Source of the DNA: Eledone cirrhosa
Taxonomy: Eukaryota
Reading direction: 5' to 3'
Length of the DNA: 64,000 nucleotides
Assembly: GCA_964016885.1 (NCBI GenBank)
Contig: OZ024740.1
Span: 33,666,001 to 33,730,000 of the forward strand
Shown here: one piece after another, positions 31,501 through 46,300 of the stretch
Layout: each line of letters begins with the position of its first letter
How positions within the stretch are numbered: position 1 is the first letter of the stretch
Made by a program: the position numbers and the translations under genes
Notes under the pieces: generated by a model
What the model was told of the DNA's origin: nothing
Seen by the model: the letters and a program-made list of their open reading frames with translations, nothing else
Databases searched by the model: none

Positions 31501-33829
31501 CCTCTTTACTGCTATCTTCTAACTCTCTCTTACCATCAACCATCTTTACTGCTATCTTCCAACTCTCTCTTACCAATAACCCTCTTTACTGCTATCTTCT
31601 AACTCTCTCTTACCATCAACCATCTTTACTGCTATCTTCCAACTCTCTCTTACCATCAACCATCTTTACTGCTATCTTCCAACTCTCTCTTACCATCAAC
31701 CATCTTTACTGCTATCTTCCAACTCTCTCTTACCATCAACCATCTTTACTGCTATCTTCCAACTCTCTCTTACCATCAATCATCTTTACTGCTATCTTCC
31801 AACTCTCTCTTACCGTCAACCATCTTTACTGCTACCTTCCAACTCTCACTTACCATCAACCATCTTTACTGCTATCTTCCAACTCTCTCTTACCATCAAC
31901 CATCTTTACTGCTATCTTCCAACTCTCTCTTACCATCAACCATCTTTACTGCTACCTTCCAACTCTCTCTTACCATCAACCATCTTTACTGCTATCTTCC
32001 AACTCTCTCTTACCATCAACCATCTTTTCTGCTACCTTCCAACTCTCTCTCTTACCATCAACCATCTTTACTGCTATCTTCCCACTCTCTCTTACCATCA
32101 ACCATCTTTACTGCTATCTTCTAACTCTCTCTTACCATCAACCATCTTTACTGCTATCTTCCAACTCTCTCTTACCATCAATCATCTTTACTGCTATCTT
32201 CCAACTCTCTCTTACCGTCAACCATCTTTACTGCTACCTTCCAACTCTCACTTACCATCAACCATCTTTACTGCTATCTTCCAACTCTCTCTTACCATCA
32301 ACCATCTTTACTGCTATCTTCTAACTCTCTCTTACCATCAACCATCTTTACTGCTACCTTCCAACTCTCTCTTACCATCAACCATCTTTACTGCTATCTT
32401 CTAACTCTCTCTTACCATCAACCATCTTTACTGCTATCTTCTAACTCTCTCTTACCATCAACCATCTTTACTGCTATCTTCTAACTGTCTCTTACCATCA
32501 ACCATCTTTACTGCTACCTTCCAACTCTCTCTTACCAATAACCATCTTTACTGCTATCTTCTAACTCTCTCTCTTACCATCAACCATCTTTACTGCTATC
32601 TTCCAACTCTCTCTTACCATCAACCATCTTTACTGCTACCTTCCAACTCTCTCTTACCAATAACCATCTTTACTGCTATCTTCTAACTCTCTCTTACCAT
32701 CAACCATCTTTACTGCTACCTTCCAACTCTCTCTTACCATCAACCATCTTTACTGCTAACTTCCAACTCTCTCTTACCAATAACCATCTTTACTGCTATC
32801 TTCTAACTCTCTCTCTTACCATCAACCATCTTTACTGCTATCTTCCAACTCTCTCTTACCATCAACCATCTTTACTGCTATCTTCCAACTCTCTCTTACC
32901 AATAACCCTCTTTACTGCTATCTTCTAACTCTCTCTTACCATCAACCATCTTTACTGCTATCTTCAAACTCTCTCTTACCAATAACCATCTTTACTGCCA
33001 TCTTCCAACTCTCTCTTACCATCAACCATCTTTTCTGCTATCTTCCAACTCTCTCTCTTACCATCAACCATCTTTACTGCTATCTTCCAACTCTCTCTCT
33101 TACCATCTTTACTGCTATCTTCTAACTCTCTCTTACCATCAACCATCTTTACTGCTATCTTCCAACTCTCTCTCTTACCATCAACCATCTTTACTGCTAT
33201 CTTCTAACTCTCTCTTACCATCAACCATCTTTACTGCTATCTTCCAACTCTCTCTTACCATCAACCATCTTTACTGCTATCTTCCAACTCTCTCTTACCA
33301 TCAACCATCTTTACTGATATCTTCCAACTCTCTCTTTACCAATAACCATCTTTACTGCTATCTTCCAACTCTCTCTCTTACCATCAACCATCTTTACTGC
33401 TATCTTCCAACCGTCTCTTACCATCAACCATCTTTACTGCTACCTTCCAACTCTCTCTTACCATCAACCATCTTTACTGCTATCTTCTAACTCTCTCTTA
33501 CCATCAACCATCTTTACTGCTATCTTCCAACTCTCTCTTACCATCAACCATCTTTACTGCTATCTTCCAACTGTCTCTTACCATCAACCATCTTTACTGC
33601 TATCTTCCAACTGTCTCTTACCATCAACCATCTTTACTGCTATCTTCCAAGTCTCTCTTACCATCAACCATCTTTACTGCTATCTTCCAACTGTCTCTAA
33701 CCATCAACCATCTTTACTGCTATCTTCCAACTCTCTCTTACCATCAACCATCTTTACTGCTATCTTCCAACGCTCTCTTACCATCAACCATCTTTACTGC
33801 TATCTTCCAACTCTCTCTTACCAATAACC
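22469..33829 (+). repeat. Tandem duplication with 5652-bp period
   Basis: CAACTGTC at 24407/30059, GATATC at 27664/33316 and identical ORF-track entries at 27324/32976 are all 5652 apart. The match breaks at 28178(C)/33830(A). Confidence 0.88.
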
Positions 33830-36800
33830 ATCTTTACTGCTATCCTCTAACTCTCTCTTACCATCAACCATCTTTACTGCTATCTTCCAACTCTCTCTTA
33901 CCGTCAACCATCTTTACTGCTATCTTCCAACTCTCTCTTACCAATAACCATCTTTACTGCTATCTTCCAACTCTCTCTTACCAATAACCATCTTTACTGC
34001 CATCTTCCAACTCTCTCTTACCATCAACCATCTTTTCTGCTATCTTCCAACTCTCTCTCTTACCATCAACTATCTTTACTGCTATCTTCCAACTCTCTCT
34101 TACCATCAACCATCTTTACTGCTACCTTCCAAGTCTCTCTTACCATCAACCATCTTTACTGCTATCTTCCAACTCTCTCTTACCATCAACCATCTTTACT
34201 GCTATCTTCCAACTCTCTCTTACCATCAACTATCTTTACTGCTATCTTCCAACTCTCTCTTACCATCAACCATCTTTACTGCTAACTTCCAACTCTCTCT
34301 TACCAATAACCATCTTTACTGCTATCTTCCAACTCTCTCTTACCATCAACCATCTTTACTGCTATCTTCCAACTCTCTCTTACCATCAACCATCTTTACT
34401 GCTATCTTCCAACTCTCTCTTACCATCAACCATCTTTACTGCTATCTTCCAACTCTCTCTTACCATCAACCATCTTTACTGCTATCTTCCAACTCTCTCT
34501 TACCATCAACCATCTTTACTGCTATCTTCCAACTCTCTCTTACCATCAATCATCTTTACTGCTATCTTCCAACTCTCTCTTACCGTCAACCATCTTTACT
34601 GCTACCTTCCAACTCTCACTTACCATCAACCATCTTTACTGCTATCTTCCAACTCTCTCTTACCATCAACCATCTTTACTGCTATCTTCCAACTCTCTCT
34701 TACCATCAACCATCTTTACTGCTATCTTCCAACTCTCTCTTACCATCAACCATCTTTACTGCTATCTTCCAACTCTCTCTTACCATCAATCATCTTTACT
34801 GCTATCTTCCAACTCTCTCTTACCGTCAACCATCTTTACTGCTACCTTCCAACTCTCACTTACCATCAACCATCTTTACTGCTATCTTCCAACTCTCTCT
34901 TACCATCAACCATCTTTACTGCTATCTTCCAACTCTCTCTTACCATCAACCATCTTTACTGCTATCTTCCAACTCTCTCTTACCATCAACCATCTTTACT
35001 GCTATCTTCCAACTCTCTCTTACCATCAACCATCTTTACTGCTATCTTCCAACTCTCTCTTACCAATAACCCTCTTTACTGCTATCTTCTAACTCTCTCT
35101 TACCATCAACCATCTTTACTGCTATCTTCCAACTCTCTCTTACCAATAACCCTCTTTACTGCTATCTTCTAACTCTCTCTTACCATCAACCATCTTTACT
35201 GCTATCTTCCAACTCTCTCTTACCATCAATCATCTTTACTGCTATCTTCCAACTCTCTCTTACCGTCAACCATCTTTACTGCTACCTTCCAACTCTCACT
35301 TACCATCAACCATCTTTACTGCTATCTTCCAACTCTCTCTTACCATCAACCATCTTTACTGCTATCTTCCAACTCTCTCTTACCATCAACCATCTTTACT
35401 GCTATCTTCCAACTCTCTCTTACCATCAATCATCTTTACTGCTATCTTCCAACTCTCTCTTACCGTCAACCATCTTTACTGCTACCTTCCAACTCTCACT
35501 TACCATCAACCATCTTTACTGCTATCTTCCAACTCTCTCTTACCATCAACCATCTTTACTGCTATCTTCCAACTCTCTCTTACCATCAACCATCTTTACT
35601 GCTATCTTCCAACTCTCTCTTACCAATAACCATCTTTACTGCTATCTTCTAACTCTCTCTTACCATCAACTGTCTTTACTGCTACCTTCCAACTCTCTCT
35701 TACCATCAACCATCTTTACTGCTATCTTCCAACTCTCTCTTACCATCAACCATCTTTACTGCTACCTTCCAACTCTCTCTTACCATCAACCATCTTTACT
35801 GCTATCTTCCAACTCTCTCTTACCATCAACCATCTTTACTGCTATCTTCCAACTCTCTCTTACCATCAACCATCTTTACTGCTATCTTCCAACTCTCTCT
35901 TACCAATAACCATCTTTACTGCTATCTTCTAACTCTCTCTTACCATCAACCATCTTTACTGCTATCTTCCAACTCTCTCTTACCAATAACCATCTTTACT
36001 GCCATCTTCCAACTCTCTCTTACCATCAACCATCTTTTCTGCTACCTTCCAACTCTCTCTCTTACCATCAACCATCTTTACTGCTATCTTCCCACTCTCT
36101 CTTACCATCAACCATCTTTACTGCTATCTTCTAACTCTCTCTTACCATCAACCATCTTTACTGCTATCTTCCAACTCTCTCTTACCATCAACCATCTTTA
36201 CTGCTATCTTCCAACTCTCTCTTACCAATAACCCTCTTTACTGCTATCTTCCAACTCTCTCTTACCATCAACCATCTTTACTGCTATCTTCCAACTCTCT
36301 CTTACCATCAACCATCTTTACTGCTATCTTCCAACTCTCTCTTACCATCAACCATCTTTACTGCTATCTTCCAACTCTCTCTTACCATCAATCATCTTTA
36401 CTGCTATCTTCCAACTCTCTCTTACCGTCAACCATCTTTACTGCTACCTTCCAACTCTCACTTACCATCAACCATCTTTACTGCTATCTTCCAACTCTCT
36501 CTTACCATCAACCATCTTTACTGCTATCTTCCAACTCTCTCTTACCATCAACCATCTTTACTGCTATCTTCCAACTCTCTCTTACCATCAACCATCTTTA
36601 CTGCTATCTTCCAACTCTCTCTTACCATCAACCATCTTTACTGCTATCTTCCAACTCTCTCTTACCAATAACCCTCTTTACTGCTATCTTCTAACTCTCT
36701 CTTACCATCAACCATCTTTACTGCTATCTTCCAACTCTCTCTTACCAATAACCCTCTTTACTGCTATCTTCTAACTCTCTCTTACCATCAACCATCTTTA

Positions 36801-39800
36801 CTGCTATCTTCCAACTCTCTCTTACCATCAATCATCTTTACTGCTATCTTCCAACTCTCTCTTACCGTCAACCATCTTTACTGCTACCTTCCAACTCTCA
36901 CTTACCATCAACCATCTTTACTGCTATCTTCCAACTCTCTCTTACCATCAACCATCTTTACTGCTATCTTCCAACTCTCTCTTACCATCAACCATCTTTA
37001 CTGCTATCTTCCAACTCTCTCTTACCATCAACCATCTTTACTGCTATCTTCCAACTCTCTCTTACCATCAACCATCTTTACTGCTATCTTCCAACTCTCT
37101 CTTACCAATAACCCTCTTTACTGCTATCTTCTAACTCTCTCTTACCATCAACCATCTTTACTGCTATCTTCCAACTCTCTCTTACCAATAACCCTCTTTA
37201 CTGCTATCTTCTAACTCTCTCTTACCATCAACCATCTTTACTGCTATCTTCCAACTCTCTCTTACCATCAACCATCTTTACTGCTATCTTCCAACTCTCT
37301 CTTACCATCAACCATCTTTACTGCTATCTTCCAACTCTCTCTTACCATCAACCATCTTTACTGCTATCTTCCAACTCTCTCTTACCATCAATCATCTTTA
37401 CTGCTATCTTCCAACTCTCTCTTACCGTCAACCATCTTTACTGCTACCTTCCAACTCTCACTTACCATCAACCATCTTTACTGCTATCTTCCAACTCTCT
37501 CTTACCATCAACCATCTTTACTGCTATCTTCCAACTCTCTCTTACCATCAACCATCTTTACTGCTACCTTCCAACTCTCTCTTACCATCAACCATCTTTA
37601 CTGCTATCTTCCAACTCTCTCTTACCATCAACCATCTTTTCTGCTACCTTCCAACTCTCTCTCTTACCATCAACCATCTTTACTGCTATCTTCCCACTCT
37701 CTCTTACCATCAACCATCTTTACTGCTATCTTCTAACTCTCTCTTACCATCAACCATCTTTACTGCTATCTTCCAACTCTCTCTTACCATCAATCATCTT
37801 TACTGCTATCTTCCAACTCTCTCTTACCGTCAACCATCTTTACTGCTACCTTCCAACTCTCACTTACCATCAACCATCTTTACTGCTATCTTCCAACTCT
37901 CTCTTACCATCAACCATCTTTACTGCTATCTTCTAACTCTCTCTTACCATCAACCATCTTTACTGCTACCTTCCAACTCTCTCTTACCATCAACCATCTT
38001 TACTGCTATCTTCTAACTCTCTCTTACCATCAACCATCTTTACTGCTATCTTCTAACTCTCTCTTACCATCAACCATCTTTACTGCTATCTTCTAACTGT
38101 CTCTTACCATCAACCATCTTTACTGCTACCTTCCAACTCTCTCTTACCAATAACCATCTTTACTGCTATCTTCTAACTCTCTCTCTTACCATCAACCATC
38201 TTTACTGCTATCTTCCAACTCTCTCTTACCATCAACCATCTTTACTGCTACCTTCCAACTCTCTCTTACCAATAACCATCTTTACTGCTATCTTCTAACT
38301 CTCTCTTACCATCAACCATCTTTACTGCTACCTTCCAACTCTCTCTTACCATCAACCATCTTTACTGCTAACTTCCAACTCTCTCTTACCAATAACCATC
38401 TTTACTGCTATCTTCTAACTCTCTCTCTTACCATCAACCATCTTTACTGCTATCTTCCAACTCTCTCTTACCATCAACCATCTTTACTGCTATCTTCCAA
38501 CTCTCTCTTACCAATAACCCTCTTTACTGCTATCTTCTAACTCTCTCTTACCATCAACCATCTTTACTGCTATCTTCAAACTCTCTCTTACCAATAACCA
38601 TCTTTACTGCCATCTTCCAACTCTCTCTTACCATCAACCATCTTTTCTGCTATCTTCCAACTCTCTCTCTTACCATCAACCATCTTTACTGCTATCTTCC
38701 AACTCTCTCTCTTACCATCTTTACTGCTATCTTCTAACTCTCTCTTACCATCAACCATCTTTACTGCTATCTTCCAACTCTCTCTCTTACCATCAACCAT
38801 CTTTACTGCTATCTTCTAACTCTCTCTTACCATCAACCATCTTTACTGCTATCTTCCAACTCTCTCTTACCATCAACCATCTTTACTGCTATCTTCCAAC
38901 TCTCTCTTACCATCAACCATCTTTACTGATATCTTCCAACTCTCTCTTTACCAATAACCATCTTTACTGCTATCTTCCAACTCTCTCTCTTACCATCAAC
39001 CATCTTTACTGCTATCTTCCAACCGTCTCTTACCATCAACCATCTTTACTGCTACCTTCCAACTCTCTCTTACCATCAACCATCTTTACTGCTATCTTCT
39101 AACTCTCTCTTACCATCAACCATCTTTACTGCTATCTTCCAACTCTCTCTTACCATCAACCATCTTTACTGCTATCTTCCAACTGTCTCTTACCATCAAC
39201 CATCTTTACTGCTATCTTCCAACTGTCTCTTACCATCAACCATCTTTACTGCTATCTTCCAAGTCTCTCTTACCATCAACCATCTTTACTGCTATCTTCC
39301 AACTGTCTCTAACCATCAACCATCTTTACTGCTATCTTCCAACTCTCTCTTACCATCAACCATCTTTACTGCTATCTTCCAACGCTCTCTTACCATCAAC
39401 CATCTTTACTGCTATCTTCCAACTCTCTCTTACCAATAACCATCTTTACTGCTATCCTCTAACTCTCTCTTACCATCAACCATCTTTACTGCTATCTTCC
39501 AACTCTCTCTTACCGTCAACCATCTTTACTGCTATCTTCCAACTCTCTCTTACCAATAACCATCTTTACTGCTATCTTCCAACTCTCTCTTACCAATAAC
39601 CATCTTTACTGCCATCTTCCAACTCTCTCTTACCATCAACCATCTTTTCTGCTATCTTCCAACTCTCTCTCTTACCATCAACTATCTTTACTGCTATCTT
39701 CCAACTCTCTCTTACCATCAACCATCTTTACTGCTACCTTCCAAGTCTCTCTTACCATCAACCATCTTTACTGCTATCTTCCAACTCTCTCTTACCATCA

Positions 39801-41040
39801 ACCATCTTTACTGCTATCTTCCAACTCTCTCTTACCATCAACTATCTTTACTGCTATCTTCCAACTCTCTCTTACCATCAACCATCTTTACTGCTAACTT
39901 CCAACTCTCTCTTACCAATAACCATCTTTACTGCTATCTTCCAACTCTCTCTTACCATCAACCATCTTTACTGCTATCTTCCAACTCTCTCTTACCATCA
40001 ACCATCTTTACTGCTATCTTCCAACTCTCTCTTACCATCAACCATCTTTACTGCTATCTTCCAACTCTCTCTTACCATCAACCATCTTTACTGCTATCTT
40101 CCAACTCTCTCTTACCATCAACCATCTTTACTGCTATCTTCCAACTCTCTCTTACCATCAATCATCTTTACTGCTATCTTCCAACTCTCTCTTACCGTCA
40201 ACCATCTTTACTGCTACCTTCCAACTCTCACTTACCATCAACCATCTTTACTGCTATCTTCCAACTCTCTCTTACCATCAACCATCTTTACTGCTATCTT
40301 CCAACTCTCTCTTACCATCAACCATCTTTACTGCTATCTTCCAACTCTCTCTTACCATCAACCATCTTTACTGCTATCTTCCAACTCTCTCTTACCATCA
40401 ATCATCTTTACTGCTATCTTCCAACTCTCTCTTACCGTCAACCATCTTTACTGCTACCTTCCAACTCTCACTTACCATCAACCATCTTTACTGCTATCTT
40501 CCAACTCTCTCTTACCATCAACCATCTTTACTGCTATCTTCCAACTCTCTCTTACCATCAACCATCTTTACTGCTATCTTCCAACTCTCTCTTACCATCA
40601 ACCATCTTTACTGCTATCTTCCAACTCTCTCTTACCATCAACCATCTTTACTGCTATCTTCCAACTCTCTCTTACCAATAACCCTCTTTACTGCTATCTT
40701 CTAACTCTCTCTTACCATCAACCATCTTTACTGCTATCTTCCAACTCTCTCTTACCAATAACCCTCTTTACTGCTATCTTCTAACTCTCTCTTACCATCA
40801 ACCATCTTTACTGCTATCTTCCAACTCTCTCTTACCATCAATCATCTTTACTGCTATCTTCCAACTCTCTCTTACCGTCAACCATCTTTACTGCTACCTT
40901 CCAACTCTCACTTACCATCAACCATCTTTACTGCTATCTTCCAACTCTCTCTTACCATCAACCATCTTTACTGCTATCTTCCAACTCTCTCTTACCATCA
41001 ACCATCTTTACTGCTATCTTCCAACTCTCTCTTACCATCA
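29690..41040 (+). repeat. Overlapping tandem duplication with 5612-bp period
   Basis: CAACTGTC at 30059/35671, GATATC at 33316/38928, ORF-track entries at 32976/38588 and GTCAAC at 35265/40877 are all 5612 apart. Confidence 0.88.
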
Positions 41041-43359
41041 ACCATCTTTACTGCTATCTTCCAACTCTCTCTTACCATCAACCATCTTTACTGCTATCTT
41101 CCAACTCTCTCTTACCAATAACCCTCTTTACTGCTATCTTCTAACTCTCTCTTACCATCAACCATCTTTACTGCTATCTTCCAACTCTCTCTTACCAATA
41201 ACCCTCTTTACTGCTATCTTCTAACTCTCTCTTACCATCAACCATCTTTACTGCTATCTTCCAACTCTCTCTTACCATCAACCATCTTTACTGCTATCTT
41301 CCAACTCTCTCTTACCATCAACCATCTTTACTGCTATCTTCCAACTCTCTCTTACCATCAACCATCTTTACTGCTATCTTCCAACTCTCTCTTACCATCA
41401 ATCATCTTTACTGCTATCTTCCAACTCTCTCTTACCGTCAACCATCTTTACTGCTACCTTCCAACTCTCACTTACCATCAACCATCTTTACTGCTATCTT
41501 CCAACTCTCTCTTACCATCAACCATCTTTACTGCTATCTTCCAACTCTCTCTTACCATCAACCATCTTTACTGCTATCTTCCAACTCTCTCTTACCATCA
41601 ACCATCTTTACTGCTATCTTCCAACTCTCTCTTACCATCAACCATCTTTACTGCTATCTTCCAACTCTCTCTTACCAATAACCCTCTTTACTGCTATCTT
41701 CTAACTCTCTCTTACCATCAACCATCTTTACTGCTATCTTCCAACTCTCTCTTACCAATAACCCTCTTTACTGCTATCTTCTAACTCTCTCTTACCATCA
41801 ACCATCTTTACTGCTATCTTCCAACTCTCTCTTACCATCAACCATCTTTACTGCTATCTTCCAACTCTCTCTTACCAATAACCCTCTTTACTGCTATCTT
41901 CTAACTCTCTCTTACCATCAACCATCTTTACTGCTATCTTCCAACTCTCTCTTACCAATAACCCTCTTTACTGCTATCTTCTAACTCTCTCTTACCATCA
42001 ACCATCTTTACTGCTATCTTCCAACTCTCTCTTACCAATAACCCTCTTTACTGCTACCTTCCAACTCTCACTTACCATCAACCATCTTTACTGCTATCTT
42101 CCAACTCTCTCTTACCATCAACCATCTTTACTGCTATCTTCCAACTCTCTCTTACCAATAACCCTCTTTACTGCTATCTTCTAACTCTCTCTTACCATCA
42201 ACCATCTTTACTGCTATCTTCCAACTCTCTCTTACCATCAACCATCTTTACTGCTATCTTCCAACTCTCTCTTACCATCAATCATCTTTACTGCTATCTT
42301 CCAACTCTCTCTTACCGTCAACCATCTTTACTGCTACCTTCCAACTCTCACTTACCATCAACCATCTTTACTGCTATCTTCCAACTCTCTCTTACCATCA
42401 ACCATCTTTACTGCTATCTTCCAACTCTCTCTTACCATCAACCATCTTTACTGCTATCTTCCAACTCTCTCTTACCATCAACCATCTTTACTGCTATCTT
42501 CCAACTCTCTCTTACCATCAACCATCTTTACTGCTATCTTCCAACTCTCTCTTACCAATAACCCTCTTTACTGCTATCTTCTAACTCTCTCTTACCATCA
42601 ACCATCTTTACTGCTATCTTCCAACTCTCTCTTACCAATAACCCTCTTTACTGCTATCTTCTAACTCTCTCTTACCATCAACCATCTTTACTGCTATCTT
42701 CCAACTCTCTCTTACCATCAACTATCTTTACTGCTATCTTCCAACTCTCTCTTACCATCAACCATCTTTACTGCTAACTTCCAACTCTCTCTTACCAATA
42801 ACCATCTTTACTGCTATCTTCCAACTCTCTCTTACCATCAACCATCTTTACTGCTATCTTCCAACTCTCTCTTACCATCAACCATCTTTACTGCTATCTT
42901 CCAACTCTCTCTTACCATCAACCATCTTTACTGCTATCTTCCAACTCTCTCTTACCATCAACCATCTTTACTGCTATCTTCCAACTCTCTCTTACCATCA
43001 ACCATCTTTACTGCTATCTTCCAACTCTCTCTTACCATCAATCATCTTTACTGCTATCTTCCAACTCTCTCTTACCGTCAACCATCTTTACTGCTACCTT
43101 CCAACTCTCACTTACCATCAACCATCTTTACTGCTATCTTCCAACTCTCTCTTACCATCAACCATCTTTACTGCTATCTTCCAACTCTCTCTTACCATCA
43201 ACCATCTTTACTGCTATCTTCCAACTCTCTCTTACCATCAACCATCTTTACTGCTATCTTCCAACTCTCTCTTACCATCAATCATCTTTACTGCTATCTT
43301 CCAACTCTCTCTTACCGTCAACCATCTTTACTGCTACCTTCCAACTCTCACTTACCATC

Positions 43360-46300
43360 AACCATCTTTACTGCTATCTTCCAACTCTCTCTTACCATCA
43401 ACCATCTTTACTGCTATCTTCCAACTCTCTCTTACCATCAACCATCTTTACTGCTATCTTCCAACTCTCTCTTACCATCAACCATCTTTACTGCTATCTT
43501 CCAACTCTCTCTTACCATCAACCATCTTTACTGCTATCTTCCAACTCTCTCTTACCAATAACCCTCTTTACTGCTATCTTCTAACTCTCTCTTACCATCA
43601 ACCATCTTTACTGCTATCTTCCAACTCTCTCTTACCAATAACCCTCTTTACTGCTATCTTCTAACTCTCTCTTACCATCAACCATCTTTACTGCTATCTT
43701 CCAACTCTCTCTTACCATCAATCATCTTTACTGCTATCTTCCAACTCTCTCTTACCGTCAACCATCTTTACTGCTACCTTCCAACTCTCACTTACCATCA
43801 ACCATCTTTACTGCTATCTTCCAACTCTCTCTTACCATCAACCATCTTTACTGCTATCTTCCAACTCTCTCTTACCATCAACCATCTTTACTGCTATCTT
43901 CCAACTCTCTCTTACCATCAACCATCTTTACTGCTATCTTCCAACTCTCTCTTACCATCAACCATCTTTACTGCTATCTTCCAACTCTCTCTTACCAATA
44001 ACCCTCTTTACTGCTATCTTCCAACTCTCTCTTACCATCAACCATCTTTACTGCTATCTTCCAACTCTCTCTTACCATCAACCATCTTTACTGCTATCTT
44101 CCAACTCTCTCTTACCATCAACCATCTTTACTGCTATCTTCCAACTCTCTCTTACCATCAATCATCTTTACTGCTATCTTCCAACTCTCTCTTACCGTCA
44201 ACCATCTTTACTGCTACCTTCCAACTCTCACTTACCATCAACCATCTTTACTGCTATCTTCCAACTCTCTCTTACCATCAACCATCTTTACTGCTATCTT
44301 CCAACTCTCTCTTACCATCAACCATCTTTACTGCTATCTTCCAACTCTCTCTTACCATCAACCATCTTTACTGCTATCTTCCAACTCTCTCTTACCATCA
44401 ACCATCTTTACTGCTATCTTCCAACTCTCTCTTACCAATAACCCTCTTTACTGCTATCTTCTAACTCTCTCTTACCATCAACCATCTTTACTGCTATCTT
44501 CCAACTCTCTCTTACCAATAACCCTCTTTACTGCTATCTTCTAACTCTCTCTTACCATCAACCATCTTTACTGCTATCTTCCAACTCTCTCTTACCATCA
44601 ATCATCTTTACTGCTATCTTCCAACTCTCTCTTACCGTCAACCATCTTTACTGCTACCTTCCAACTCTCACTTACCATCAACCATCTTTACTGCTATCTT
44701 CCAACTCTCTCTTACCATCAACCATCTTTACTGCTATCTTCCAACTCTCTCTTACCATCAACCATCTTTACTGCTATCTTCCAACTCTCTCTTACCATCA
44801 ACCATCTTTACTGCTATCTTCCAACTCTCTCTTACCATCAACCATCTTTACTGCTATCTTCCAACTCTCTCTTACCAATAACCCTCTTTACTGCTATCTT
44901 CTAACTCTCTCTTACCATCAACCATCTTTACTGCTATCTTCCAACTCTCTCTTACCAATAACCCTCTTTACTGCTATCTTCTAACTCTCTCTTACCATCA
45001 ACCATCTTTACTGCTATCTTCCAACTCTCTCTTACCATCAACCATCTTTACTGCTATCTTCCAACTCTCTCTTACCATCAACCATCTTTACTGCTATCTT
45101 CCAACTCTCTCTTACCATCAACCATCTTTACTGCTATCTTCCAACTCTCTCTTACCATCAATCATCTTTACTGCTATCTTCCAACTCTCTCTTACCGTCA
45201 ACCATCTTTACTGCTACCTTCCAACTCTCACTTACCATCAACCATCTTTACTGCTATCTTCCAACTCTCTCTTACCATCAACCATCTTTACTGCTATCTT
45301 CCAACTCTCTCTTACCATCAACCATCTTTACTGCTATCTTCCAACTCTCTCTTACCATCAACCATCTTTACTGCTATCTTCCAACTCTCTCTTACCATCA
45401 ACCATCTTTACTGCTATCTTCCAACTCTCTCTTACCAATAACCCTCTTTACTGCTATCTTCTAACTCTCTCTTACCATCAACCATCTTTACTGCTATCTT
45501 CCAACTCTCTCTTACCAATAACCCTCTTTACTGCTATCTTCTAACTCTCTCTTACCATCAACCATCTTTACTGCTATCTTCCAACTCTCTCTTACCATCA
45601 ACCATCTTTACTGCTATCTTCCAACTCTCTCTTACCAATAACCCTCTTTACTGCTATCTTCTAACTCTCTCTTACCATCAACCATCTTTACTGCTATCTT
45701 CCAACTCTCTCTTACCAATAACCCTCTTTACTGCTATCTTCTAACTCTCTCTTACCATCAACCATCTTTACTGCTATCTTCCAACTCTCTCTTACCAATA
45801 ACCCTCTTTACTGCTACCTTCCAACTCTCACTTACCATCAACCATCTTTACTGCTATCTTCCAACTCTCTCTTACCATCAACCATCTTTACTGCTATCTT
45901 CCAACTCTCTCTTACCAATAACCCTCTTTACTGCTATCTTCTAACTCTCTCTTACCATCAACCATCTTTACTGCTATCTTCCAACTCTCTCTTACCATCA
46001 ACCATCTTTACTGCTATCTTCCAACTCTCTCTTACCATCAATCATCTTTACTGCTATCTTCCAACTCTCTCTTACCGTCAACCATCTTTACTGCTACCTT
46101 CCAACTCTCACTTACCATCAACCATCTTTACTGCTATCTTCCAACTCTCTCTTACCATCAACCATCTTTACTGCTATCTTCCAACTCTCTCTTACCATCA
46201 ACCATCTTTACTGCTATCTTCCAACTCTCTCTTACCATCAACCATCTTTACTGCTATCTTCCAACTCTCTCTTACCATCAACCATCTTTACTGCTATCTT

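Noticed and set aside
27324-38800. Three identical 70-aa minus-strand ORFs (27324, 32976, 38588)
   Set aside because: They are translations of satellite monomers in which 42- and 35-bp variants happen to avoid stops. Their identity reflects the 5652/5612-bp duplications. There is no recognisable domain or gene context.
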